Assembly: GCA_963749075.1 (NCBI GenBank) | Contig: CAVVLJ010000021.1 | Location: forward strand, 224,001 to 288,000 | Length of the DNA stretch: 64,000 nt | Reading direction: 5' to 3' | DNA from: an uncultured Pseudomonadota bacterium | GTDB lineage: Bacteria; Pseudomonadota; Alphaproteobacteria; JACZXZ01 | Shown here: one piece after another, positions 12,198 to 20,260 of the stretch | Layout: every line of letters starts with the position of its first letter | How positions within the stretch are numbered: position 1 is the stretch's first letter | Program-made: the position numbers and the translations under genes | Notes under the pieces: model-generated | Databases searched by the model: none | The model's input: only the letters and a program-made list of their open reading frames with translations | Told to the model about the DNA's origin: nothing

Positions 12198-12360
12198 CAG
12201 GACACCCTAGGCGCCTCGTCCCCGCGGGCAGCAGTGCAGGCTCCCGCGCGAGGCCTGGGGGCGAGAATACCGGCAATTTCCGCCATATTCCAGAGAGCTT
12301 GGCAAAGCCGGCCGTGCGCCGGGCTGGAGCGGCCCGCTCCCCGCGGCTATAAGGGAGCCG

Positions 12361-12858
12361 ATGGACATCCTGGTGACGGCGGAGCGGCGGCTCGTCTGGG
12401 GGCAGCGCTCCTACGCTTGCGCGATCGGCAGAAGCGGCATCGTCGCGGAGAAGCGCGAGGGCGACGGGGCGACGCCCGCGGGCGCCTTCCCTCTGCGCCG
12501 CGCGCTCTACCGCGCCGACCGGCTCGCCCGTCCCGGGACGCTGCTCGGCATCGCCACCATGCGCGAGGACGACGGCTGGTGCGACGAGCCCAACGACCCG
12601 CACTACAACCAGCATGTCCGCCTGCCCTACCCGGCAAGCCACGAGCGTCTGTGGCGCGCCGACCATCTCTACGACGCCATCGTGGTGCTCGGCTGCAACG
12701 ATGCGCCGCCCGTCCCCGGGCGCGGCAGCGCCATCTTCCTCCACGTCGCACGAGCCGATTACGGGCCGACCGAGGGCTGCGTCGCCTTGGCCCTCCCCGA
12801 CCTCCTCGCCCTCCTCGCGGCGGTCGGTCCCGAGGACCGGCTCGTGGTCCAGGCGTAA
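12361..12858 (+). CDS. L,D-transpeptidase (YkuD-like) family protein
   Basis: 'KREGDGATPAG', 'GWCDEP', catalytic 'GSAIFLH...PTEGCVAL'. Confidence 0.88.
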   Translation: MDILVTAERRLVWGQRSYACAIGRSGIVAEKREGDGATPAGAFPLRRALYRADRLARPGTLLGIATMREDDGWCDEPNDPHYNQHVRLPYPASHERLWRADHLYDAIVVLGCNDAPPVPGRGSAIFLHVARADYGPTEGCVALALPDLLALLAAVGPEDRLVVQA

Positions 12859-12880
12859 AGGGAACCTCCGAAACGGCGGC

Positions 12881-13579
12881 TCAGGCGGCCGTCTCGCGCG
12901 CGCCGAAGATGGCGGTGCCGACGCGTACGTGGGTGGCGCCGGCCCGCACGGCGATTTCGAAATCCTCGCTCATGCCCATGCTGACGAGCGGCAGGCCCGC
13001 GCGCCGCGCGAGCTCGGCCAAGCGGCGGAAGAAGGGCTCGGGCGGCACTCCCGCCGGCGGGATGCACATGAGGCCGACGATCGGCAGCTTGTAGTCCTCG
13101 CGGCAGGCGGCGACGAAGGCGGCCACGTCGTCGGGCGGCACGCCGGCCTTCTGGGGCTCGTGGCCGATGTTGACCTCGACGAGACAATTGGGCCGCCGGC
13201 CCTCGGCCGCCATCGCGCGGGCGAGTGCTGACACGAGCTTGGGGCGGTCCACCGTCTCGATCATGTCGAAGAGGGCGACCGCGTCCTTGACCTTGTTGGT
13301 CTGCAGCGGGCCGATCAGGTGGAGCTCGATGCCGGGGAATTCCTCGCGCAGCTTGGGCCACTTGGCCTTCGCCTCCTGCACGCGGTTCTCGCCGAAGGTG
13401 CGGTGGCCCGCGGCCAGCGCCGGGCGGATGCGCGCGGCCGGGTGGGTCTTGGTCACGGCGACGAGCGTCACCGACCGGGGTGCCCGGCCGGCCGATGCGA
13501 CCGCGGCCGCGATGCGTGCCTTGACCGCGGCAAGATTGCCCGCCACGTCCACGGCCTCGACCGCGTGGCTCTCGCTCAT
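12881..13579 (-). CDS. yggS: PLP homeostasis protein YggS/PROSC
   Basis: 'LVAVTKT', 'FGENRVQE', 'HLIGPLQTNK', 'GLMCIPP', 'SMGMSEDF', 'VRVGTAIFG'. Confidence 0.95.
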   Translation of the reverse strand: MSESHAVEAVDVAGNLAAVKARIAAAVASAGRAPRSVTLVAVTKTHPAARIRPALAAGHRTFGENRVQEAKAKWPKLREEFPGIELHLIGPLQTNKVKDAVALFDMIETVDRPKLVSALARAMAAEGRRPNCLVEVNIGHEPQKAGVPPDDVAAFVAACREDYKLPIVGLMCIPPAGVPPEPFFRRLAELARRAGLPLVSMGMSEDFEIAVRAGATHVRVGTAIFGARETAA

Positions 13580-15492
13580 GGCGGCCCTCGCCTCTCCGGC
13601 CGTGCGAGTGCAAAGCTGCGCTCGACATAGGCCATGATCTCGGCGACGCAGGCCTCGACGGAGCACTCGGCCGTGTCGACCACGAGCTCGGGCCCGGCGG
13701 GCGGCTCGTAGGGGGCGGAGACGCCGGTGAACTCCCTGATCTCGCCGGCGCGCGCGCGGCGGTAGAGGCCCTTGGGATCGCGGCCCTCGCAGACGGCAAG
13801 CGAGGCGCGCACGTAGATCTCGTGGAAGCGGCCCGAGGCCGCCGCGCGCGCCCGCTCGCGATCGCTGCGGTAGGGCGAGATGAAGGCGGTGATGCAGATG
13901 AAGCCGGCGTCGGCGAAGAGTGCCGCCACCTCGCCCACGCGCCGGATGTTCTCGGCGCGGTCGTCGGCGGAGAAGCCGAGGTTGGCGTTGAGGCCGCTGC
14001 GCACATTGTCGCCGTCGAGCACGTAGCTGTTGAAGCCCTTGGCGAAGAGGCGCTGCTCGACCTCCATGGCGAGGGTCGATTTGCCGGCACCCGACAGCCC
14101 CGTGAGCCACAGCACGCCGCCGCGGTGGCCGGCGCGCGCCTCGCGCAAGCCGCGGCTCACCCGGTGGGGCACCTCGGTGAGATTGGTCGCGCGCACGGTC
14201 ACGAGCTCGCGCTGGTCCGGATAGCCCTCCATGCCGATGGTGCCGCCGCCCACGGCAAGGTCGCCCTCGAAGAGCACGAAGCGGCCGCTCCGCGAGTTGG
14301 CGGCGAAGGCATCGAGGGCGACGAGCGCGCGGCTGCGCAAGACCACCTCGGCGATACCGTGGCGCTCGACGGCCGCCGCCTCCGCGGTCGAGAGGTCGGA
14401 GGGGTCGATGACGCGCTCGATCTCCTGCACCTCGACCGCCGTGGCAAGGGTGAGGAGCCGGAGGGTATAGCGGCTCCCGACTCTCAACGGGACGTCGCCG
14501 AGCCAGAAGAGGCGCGCGCGGAACACGCTGGTCTCGATGGGCGGATGGTCGCGGTGGCTGATCATCTCGCCGCGCTCGACGAAGAGCGGCTCGTCGAGCG
14601 TGATGCCGACCGCCTCGCCGGCCTCGGCCGCGCGGACCGGTTGGGCGGCGTGCCAGACCTCGATCGACTTCACGCGCGCGCTCTTGTTCGAGGGCGAGAA
14701 CAGGAGCTCGTCGCCCACCGCCAGGCGGCCGCTCTCGATGCGGCCCACGATGATGCGCCGCTCGTCGAACTTGTAGACGTCCTGCACGGGAAAGCGGAGC
14801 GGGAGATCGTCGAGCGGCGGCGCCGGCTCGAGGCTCTCGAGAGCCGAGAGCAGGGTCTCGCCGCCGTACCACGCCATCTCCGCGGCGGGCGAGACGAGAT
14901 TGGCCCCGCTGCTGGCCGAGACCGGCACCACGGCACGGGGGGCGATCCCGACGCTCGCCAGGTAGGCCGCGATCTCGGCCTCGAGGCTGGCGAAGCGTGC
15001 GGCGTCGTAGCCCACCAGGTCCATCTTGTTGACGACGACGATCGCCTGCTTGATGCCGATGAGCGAGAGGAGGAAGCCGTGGCGGCGCGATTGCTCGCGC
15101 ATGCCCTCGGCGGCGTCCACGATGAGGAGGGCGGCATCGCCGGCCGCAGCGCCGGTCACCATGTTCTTGAGGAACTCGCGGTGGCCGGGCGCGTCGAGGA
15201 GGAGGAAGTCCCGAAGCCTGCCTGCAAGGCGGATGTGGCTCACGTCGATGGTGACGCCCTGGTCGCGCTCGGCCTGGAAGGCGTCGGTCACGAAGGCCCA
15301 CTCGAAGGGCATGCCGCGGCGCTTGCACATGGCCTCGACCGCCGCGAGCTTGCCCTCGGGCAGCGAGCCGGTCTCGTGGAGCAGGCGCCCGACGAGGGTC
15401 GATTTGCCGTGATCGACGTGGCCGACGATGGCGACCTTGAGGAGGCCGCGCGCGGCATCGGCCGACTTCCCCGTGCGCGGCGCCTCGTGCAT
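13576..15492 (-). CDS. cysNC: Bifunctional sulfate adenylyltransferase subunit 1 / adenylyl-sulfate kinase (CysN-CysC, NodQ-like)
   Basis: GTPase motifs 'GHVDHGKST', 'DAPGHREF', 'NKMD'; APS kinase motifs 'WLTGLSGAGKST', 'LDGDNVR', 'FISPY', 'RDPKGLY'. Confidence 0.93.
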   Translation of the reverse strand: MHEAPRTGKSADAARGLLKVAIVGHVDHGKSTLVGRLLHETGSLPEGKLAAVEAMCKRRGMPFEWAFVTDAFQAERDQGVTIDVSHIRLAGRLRDFLLLDAPGHREFLKNMVTGAAAGDAALLIVDAAEGMREQSRRHGFLLSLIGIKQAIVVVNKMDLVGYDAARFASLEAEIAAYLASVGIAPRAVVPVSASSGANLVSPAAEMAWYGGETLLSALESLEPAPPLDDLPLRFPVQDVYKFDERRIIVGRIESGRLAVGDELLFSPSNKSARVKSIEVWHAAQPVRAAEAGEAVGITLDEPLFVERGEMISHRDHPPIETSVFRARLFWLGDVPLRVGSRYTLRLLTLATAVEVQEIERVIDPSDLSTAEAAAVERHGIAEVVLRSRALVALDAFAANSRSGRFVLFEGDLAVGGGTIGMEGYPDQRELVTVRATNLTEVPHRVSRGLREARAGHRGGVLWLTGLSGAGKSTLAMEVEQRLFAKGFNSYVLDGDNVRSGLNANLGFSADDRAENIRRVGEVAALFADAGFICITAFISPYRSDRERARAAASGRFHEIYVRASLAVCEGRDPKGLYRRARAGEIREFTGVSAPYEPPAGPELVVDTAECSVEACVAEIMAYVERSFALARPERRGPP

Positions 15493-16286
15493 CACATGTA
15501 TCCGTCGGCGCGCAGGCGCTCGAAGGAGTCCTCCGCCTCGTGGTCCATGGCGCGGCCCGCGCGCTCGGACGTGCGGCTCAGCTCGAGCTCGGCGATGACC
15601 TCGTCGATGGTGGCGGCCTCGCTGGCGACCGGCTGCGTGATGTCGCGGTCGCCGAGCGAGCGGTAGCGCTGTCCGCCGCGCGCGAAATAGAGATCGACGA
15701 CCGGGATGCCCTCGCGCCGGATGTAGCGCCACACGTCGAGCTCGCTCCAATGGAGGATGGGGTGGATGCGCAGGTGGCCGCCCTTCGGCACCGCGGTCAT
15801 GTACTGGTCCCAGAACTCGGGCGGCTGGTCGCGGAAGTTCCAGCGCGAGCCCTCGCCGCGCGGGCTGAAGACGCGCTCCTTGGCGCGCACCGCCTCCTCG
15901 TCGCGGCGGATGCCGGCGAAGATGCCGGCGAAGCCGTGCTCGGCGATGGCCGCCTTGAGCCCGGCCGTCTTGCGGGCGGCGGCGCGTGCCGCGGGCGGCA
16001 GCGTGGGGTCGATGGCGTCGAGCGGCGGGCATTGGGCCACCATGAGCTCGAGCCCCCACGCCTCGGCGTAGCGCTGCCGGAAGTCGTACATCTCGGGGAA
16101 CTTCCGGCCGGTGTCGACGTGCAGCACCGGGAAGGGCACGCGGCCGAAGAAGGCCTTCCGCGTAAGCCACAGCATGGCGTTCGAGTCCTTGCCGAGCGAC
16201 CACAGCATGGCGAGCCGGCCGATGCGGCTGAAGGCCTCGCGGATGATGTAGATGCTCTGGCTCTCAAGCGCGTCGAGATGCGTCAT
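15492..16286 (-). CDS. cysD: Sulfate adenylyltransferase subunit 2
   Basis: 'LDALESQSIYIIRE', 'WSLGKDS', 'HVDTG', 'RRDEEAVRAKERVFSPR', 'QPPEFW', 'RYRSLG'. Confidence 0.95.
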   Translation of the reverse strand: MTHLDALESQSIYIIREAFSRIGRLAMLWSLGKDSNAMLWLTRKAFFGRVPFPVLHVDTGRKFPEMYDFRQRYAEAWGLELMVAQCPPLDAIDPTLPPAARAAARKTAGLKAAIAEHGFAGIFAGIRRDEEAVRAKERVFSPRGEGSRWNFRDQPPEFWDQYMTAVPKGGHLRIHPILHWSELDVWRYIRREGIPVVDLYFARGGQRYRSLGDRDITQPVASEAATIDEVIAELELSRTSERAGRAMDHEAEDSFERLRADGYM

Positions 16287-16411
16287 TGCGGCCGTGGTGT
16301 CCCGCACAGCGCCGCCCGCAGCGGCGGCGCGCCTTCCGTAGCGTCAGAAGGCCCGCCCTGTAAAGCCCGATGGTGGGCTCGGCTCGGCCGGCGGGGGCGG
16401 CCGCCCGCGGC

Positions 16412-16903
16412 TCAGGGACTCCGGTGCCCGGGGCCGGCCGCGGCCGCCGCACCGTCCGCGGCGCCGCTGCCAAGGACGTTGCCCGCGGCGTCGTGGTGCA
16501 TGACGATGCGCCGCGCGTGCTGCCAGGCCGTCACGTCCTCGGCCGGCAACCGGTAGAGCTCGGCCAGGTCCTCGGCACTCACCACCTTTGCGAAGAGCCG
16601 CCGGTTGTGGCCGCGGAAGCGCACGAAGTTATAGAGGCTCCAGACCATGAGGAGCATGGCGTTGTGCGCGATCACCGCCGCATAGGAGAGCAGCGTTGCG
16701 ATGATGTCGCCGTGCATGGGGGCGGGCGGCAGCGGCGGCAGGCCGAGGAGCACGTCCAGTCCGACCGCGGCCGCGAGGGTCAGCGCCGAGCCGCGCACGA
16801 GATAGAGATAGAAGGACCAGGCGCAGGCCGAGAGCGCCGCGTCGCGCAGCCGCATCCAATTCGGCCGCGCGCGCGCGACGTTTATGATGATTTCGGTGTA
16901 AAT
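16412..16903 (-). CDS. pgaD: PNAG biosynthesis protein PgaD (start uncertain)
   Basis: Two TM helices, 'WSLYNFVRFRG..RR', position right after pgaC. The first canonical start is ATG 16855; an ATT at 16903 has an SD. Confidence 0.7.
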   Translation of the reverse strand: MYTEIIINVARARPNWMRLRDAALSACAWSFYLYLVRGSALTLAAAVGLDVLLGLPPLPPAPMHGDIIATLLSYAAVIAHNAMLLMVWSLYNFVRFRGHNRRLFAKVVSAEDLAELYRLPAEDVTAWQHARRIVMHHDAAGNVLGSGAADGAAAAAGPGHRSP

Positions 16904-18198
16904 GAGCGAAATCCCCGGTCCGGGCTGGTCCAAATGCCGCGGGCGCCCCGTTTTGCGAAGCGCGCCTTGGGAACGCCGACCAGCGAGGTGATGAAGGAGA
17001 TGAACCAGAAGGCCATCGGATACCAGATGACCCAGCCGTAGTTGCGCCACAGGCCGGGCTCGTAGCGGCTCTCGATGCCGAGCGCCACGGCGCCTTGCAC
17101 GAGATAGCTCGCGGAGAGCAGGAGTCCCCAGAAGGCCGGCGGCCACAGCGTCGGCACGTTGAGGCCCTCGGGCATGGCGGTGAACTTGCCGATGCCCCAG
17201 AGGAGGAACGAGAAGGCGAGCGCGTAGGTCCACACGATGCTGGCGGCGTACTCGGCGGCGACCAGCCACATGCGCCGGTTGCGCCAGCGCATCACCTTGG
17301 CGACGTTCTCGAAGAACACCTGGGCGCCGCCCTCGGCCCAGCGCAGGCGCTGCCGCCACAGCCCCCTGAACGTCTCGGGCATGAGGATCCAGCAGATGGC
17401 GCTCGGCTCGTAGCGGATCTGCCAATGGTTGAGCTCGAGCGCCCAGGACGCCGCGATATCCTCAGTGATCTTGTCGAGCGGCCAGTAGCCGACCTGATGC
17501 AGGGCCGCGCGGCGGAACGCGGCGATGGCGCCCGAGACCGTGAAGATGTTGCCGTAGATGCGCTGGGAGCGCTTGATGAGGCCGACGATCGAGGAGAATT
17601 CGCAGACCTGGATGAGGCCGAGCAGGCTGGAGCGCGTGCGGATGCGCGGATTGCCGGTGACGGCGCCGACGCGCGGGCTGGTGATGAAATGCTTGACCAG
17701 ATGCGCCGTGGCATTCGGGTGGAGCACGGTGTCGCCGTCGACGCAGACGAGATATTCCCCATTGGCGACGAGGGCCGCCATGCGCAACGCCATGGCCTTG
17801 CCCTGGTTCTCGGCGTGATGGACGACGCGCAGCCGCGGATAGCGCTGAAGCAGCGCATCGAGGGCCGGCCCGGTGCCGTCGCGCGAGCCGTCGTCGACCG
17901 CGATGATCTCGAAATTAGGATAATGCTGCGCGTCGAGCGCTGCGACTGTCTCCGCCAGATTGTCGCCCTCGTTGAAGCAGGGCACGAGCAGGCTCACGAG
18001 CGGCGGCTCCACGAGGCGCGGCAGGTCGTCCGGCCGCAGGCTGCGCAGCTCCCAGTGGAGGAAGTAGTAGATGCCGCCCGAGATCCAGATGTAGGACATG
18101 AAGAGCGGATAAAAGAAGACGAAATTGAGGAGCCCGCCTCCCAGGCGGTTGAGATGGAGGCTCTGGAGCAGGGCCGCGAGATCGGAGAGGAGATGCAC
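16882..18198 (-). CDS. pgaC: Poly-beta-1,6-GlcNAc synthase
   Basis: GT2 motifs 'PCFNE', 'VDDGSRD', 'NQGKA', 'DGD', 'TED', 'QRLRW' (QxxRW); C-terminal 'WTSPDRG'. Confidence 0.95.
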   Translation of the reverse strand: MHLLSDLAALLQSLHLNRLGGGLLNFVFFYPLFMSYIWISGGIYYFLHWELRSLRPDDLPRLVEPPLVSLLVPCFNEGDNLAETVAALDAQHYPNFEIIAVDDGSRDGTGPALDALLQRYPRLRVVHHAENQGKAMALRMAALVANGEYLVCVDGDTVLHPNATAHLVKHFITSPRVGAVTGNPRIRTRSSLLGLIQVCEFSSIVGLIKRSQRIYGNIFTVSGAIAAFRRAALHQVGYWPLDKITEDIAASWALELNHWQIRYEPSAICWILMPETFRGLWRQRLRWAEGGAQVFFENVAKVMRWRNRRMWLVAAEYAASIVWTYALAFSFLLWGIGKFTAMPEGLNVPTLWPPAFWGLLLSASYLVQGAVALGIESRYEPGLWRNYGWVIWYPMAFWFISFITSLVGVPKARFAKRGARGIWTSPDRGFRSFTPKSS

Positions 18199-18211
18199 CT
18201 TAGCCTCGCGC

Positions 18212-20260
18212 TCACGGCCGGTAGGGATAGGTCTCGAGGGAGAGCGCCTTGCGCAGCTCGTCGACGTTGGGATGCCCCTTCGCCTCGTCGTCCGGGTAAT
18301 AGCCGAAATTGATCGCACCCCGCCGCGCCAGGAGGCGCATCTCGTGGGCCAGGATGGCGGTCGGGATCCGGCGCTCGGGGCTCTCGCCCGGCACCCGCCA
18401 GTCCACGGCCTGGAGCTCGAAGAGCGTGCGCGCGAGCCCGTTCGGGCGCGCCGCCACCGCGGTGACGAGACGCTCGAGCCAGGCGTCGGCGTCGGCTTGG
18501 GCGATGCCCTCCATGAGGGGCATGGCCATCACCGCGGTGTAGTCGTAGGCCGCGAGGAAGCTGTCGAGATCCTGGGCGAACCAGCTGCGGCTCGCGGGTT
18601 CGAGGATGGGCCGCGCGAAGAGGTTGCGCGCGGTCTTGACGGGCCCGCGGTGGAGGCGGACGCGCTCGGCGAGCTCCTTCGTGAAGTCGATGAGGGCGGC
18701 CGTCTTGAATTCCGTCCAGGCCGCCATGGTCTTAGGGTCGGCGCGGATGGCTGGAATCGAGTTGGGGAAGCCGGCGGCCTTGTAGGCGGCAAGCGCCGGC
18801 GGGCTCGCGTCCTCGAAATCCGAGAGCAGCGCGTCGTCGCCGAAGAGGAGGCCCGCGATGGGTGCTGCCTCGGCCATCTCCTCATAGAGCTCGAGGACGA
18901 GGGCGCGCGATTTCGCATCGAAGGGCGAGAGGCGCGCCGGCTGCGTGGCGTCCGCCGCAGCCGCCTGGCGCCCGGGGTTCCACGCCTCCACATGCTCGGC
19001 AGGTGCTCCGAAGTCGAAGCTCAGCACCGGAAGCCAGGCGTAGACCTCGACGCGCGCGCGCGTGCGCAGCTGCCAGGCGACCCGGTTGAAGAGGTCGGCG
19101 CGCATGGGAAGGAGCTTGTTGGGAAAATAGGTCGCCTTGGCGACGCCGCTCCCCTCGGGGTCCGCGAAGGCCTGGAGGAACACGGCGGAGACGCCGAGCG
19201 CATAGACGCGGTCGATGAGCTGGCCGAGGTTCTTCTCCTGCTGCGCGGCATCGGGATCGTAGACGTAGTCGAGGTCGACCTGCACCACGCGCATGGGATC
19301 GTGCGGCTCGAAGCGGTGAATGTCGGCGACGTAGGCGGCAAGCTCCGGGTCGTCGGTCACGAGCTGTCGCGGCGTGTCGGCGAGGGCGTCGATGGAGCCG
19401 ACCCCGGTCGAAAGGCTCGTGGTGATCGGCATGCCGGCCGCGGCGAAGATCGAGATCGCCAGCTTGCTGCGCTCGCCATAGGGCCAGATCATCACGCGGG
19501 GGCGCTTGCCCGTCTCGCGGGCGATCTCCGCGGAGATGCCTTGGGCGTCCGCCCTGAGGCGCGCCTCGAAGGCCGTCTCGCTCTCGTAAGCACCGCTCGC
19601 CGGGTCGTAGCGGTGCGTGACGGCGGCGGGCTCGAGGTTGCCCTGCGGATTGGCGGGGATGCCCATGTGGAGGTGATCGGAATGGGCCGCGACCTCGACG
19701 AGGCCGGAGCGCACGACCTCGCGCACCTGGTCCCAGGTCATGAAGAACGAGCGCGGCGCCATCGTCATGCTGCTGCCGTACTCGACCTCGCTGCCGGGCG
19801 CCCCGCGCATCCAGGAATGGACCAGGCCGATCACCGCCGGGTAGTTGAAGGCCTTGAGGATGGGAAAGGCGCGCGTATAGAAGCTCTCGTAGCCGTCGTC
19901 GAAGGTGATCAGCACCGGCTTCGCGGGAAGCGGGGCCTTGCCGTCGCGCGCCGCCAGGAGCTGGTCCACGCTGACCGGGTGGTAGCCGTTGCGCGCGAGC
20001 CAGCTCATCTGCTGCACGAGCTTGGCGGTCGATACGGCGTTGTAGCGCTGGTCGGGGTCCTTGTCCTCGATCGCATGGTAGCAAATCGCGAGGAAACGAG
20101 GCGTGCCGGCGGGAAGCGGCGGCGTGCGCGCGAGCGCCCGCGCCATCGCGGCTTGGGCGTTGTCGCCGTCGGCCGATTGAGCGAGGGACGGCGCCGCGGC
20201 GGTCGCGAGGCCGAGCAGCGCGGCGGAAAATGCGAGGAGACGCGCAAGTCCCAGCCTCAC
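18212..20260 (-). CDS. pgaB: PNAG N-deacetylase / glycoside hydrolase PgaB
   Basis: 'ICYHAI', 'TFDDGY', 'HSDHLH', 'WPYG', 'VDLDYVYDPD', 'MRADLFNRVAWQL', 'FGYYPDD'. Confidence 0.95.
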   Translation of the reverse strand: MRLGLARLLAFSAALLGLATAAAPSLAQSADGDNAQAAMARALARTPPLPAGTPRFLAICYHAIEDKDPDQRYNAVSTAKLVQQMSWLARNGYHPVSVDQLLAARDGKAPLPAKPVLITFDDGYESFYTRAFPILKAFNYPAVIGLVHSWMRGAPGSEVEYGSSMTMAPRSFFMTWDQVREVVRSGLVEVAAHSDHLHMGIPANPQGNLEPAAVTHRYDPASGAYESETAFEARLRADAQGISAEIARETGKRPRVMIWPYGERSKLAISIFAAAGMPITTSLSTGVGSIDALADTPRQLVTDDPELAAYVADIHRFEPHDPMRVVQVDLDYVYDPDAAQQEKNLGQLIDRVYALGVSAVFLQAFADPEGSGVAKATYFPNKLLPMRADLFNRVAWQLRTRARVEVYAWLPVLSFDFGAPAEHVEAWNPGRQAAAADATQPARLSPFDAKSRALVLELYEEMAEAAPIAGLLFGDDALLSDFEDASPPALAAYKAAGFPNSIPAIRADPKTMAAWTEFKTAALIDFTKELAERVRLHRGPVKTARNLFARPILEPASRSWFAQDLDSFLAAYDYTAVMAMPLMEGIAQADADAWLERLVTAVAARPNGLARTLFELQAVDWRVPGESPERRIPTAILAHEMRLLARRGAINFGYYPDDEAKGHPNVDELRKALSLETYPYRP

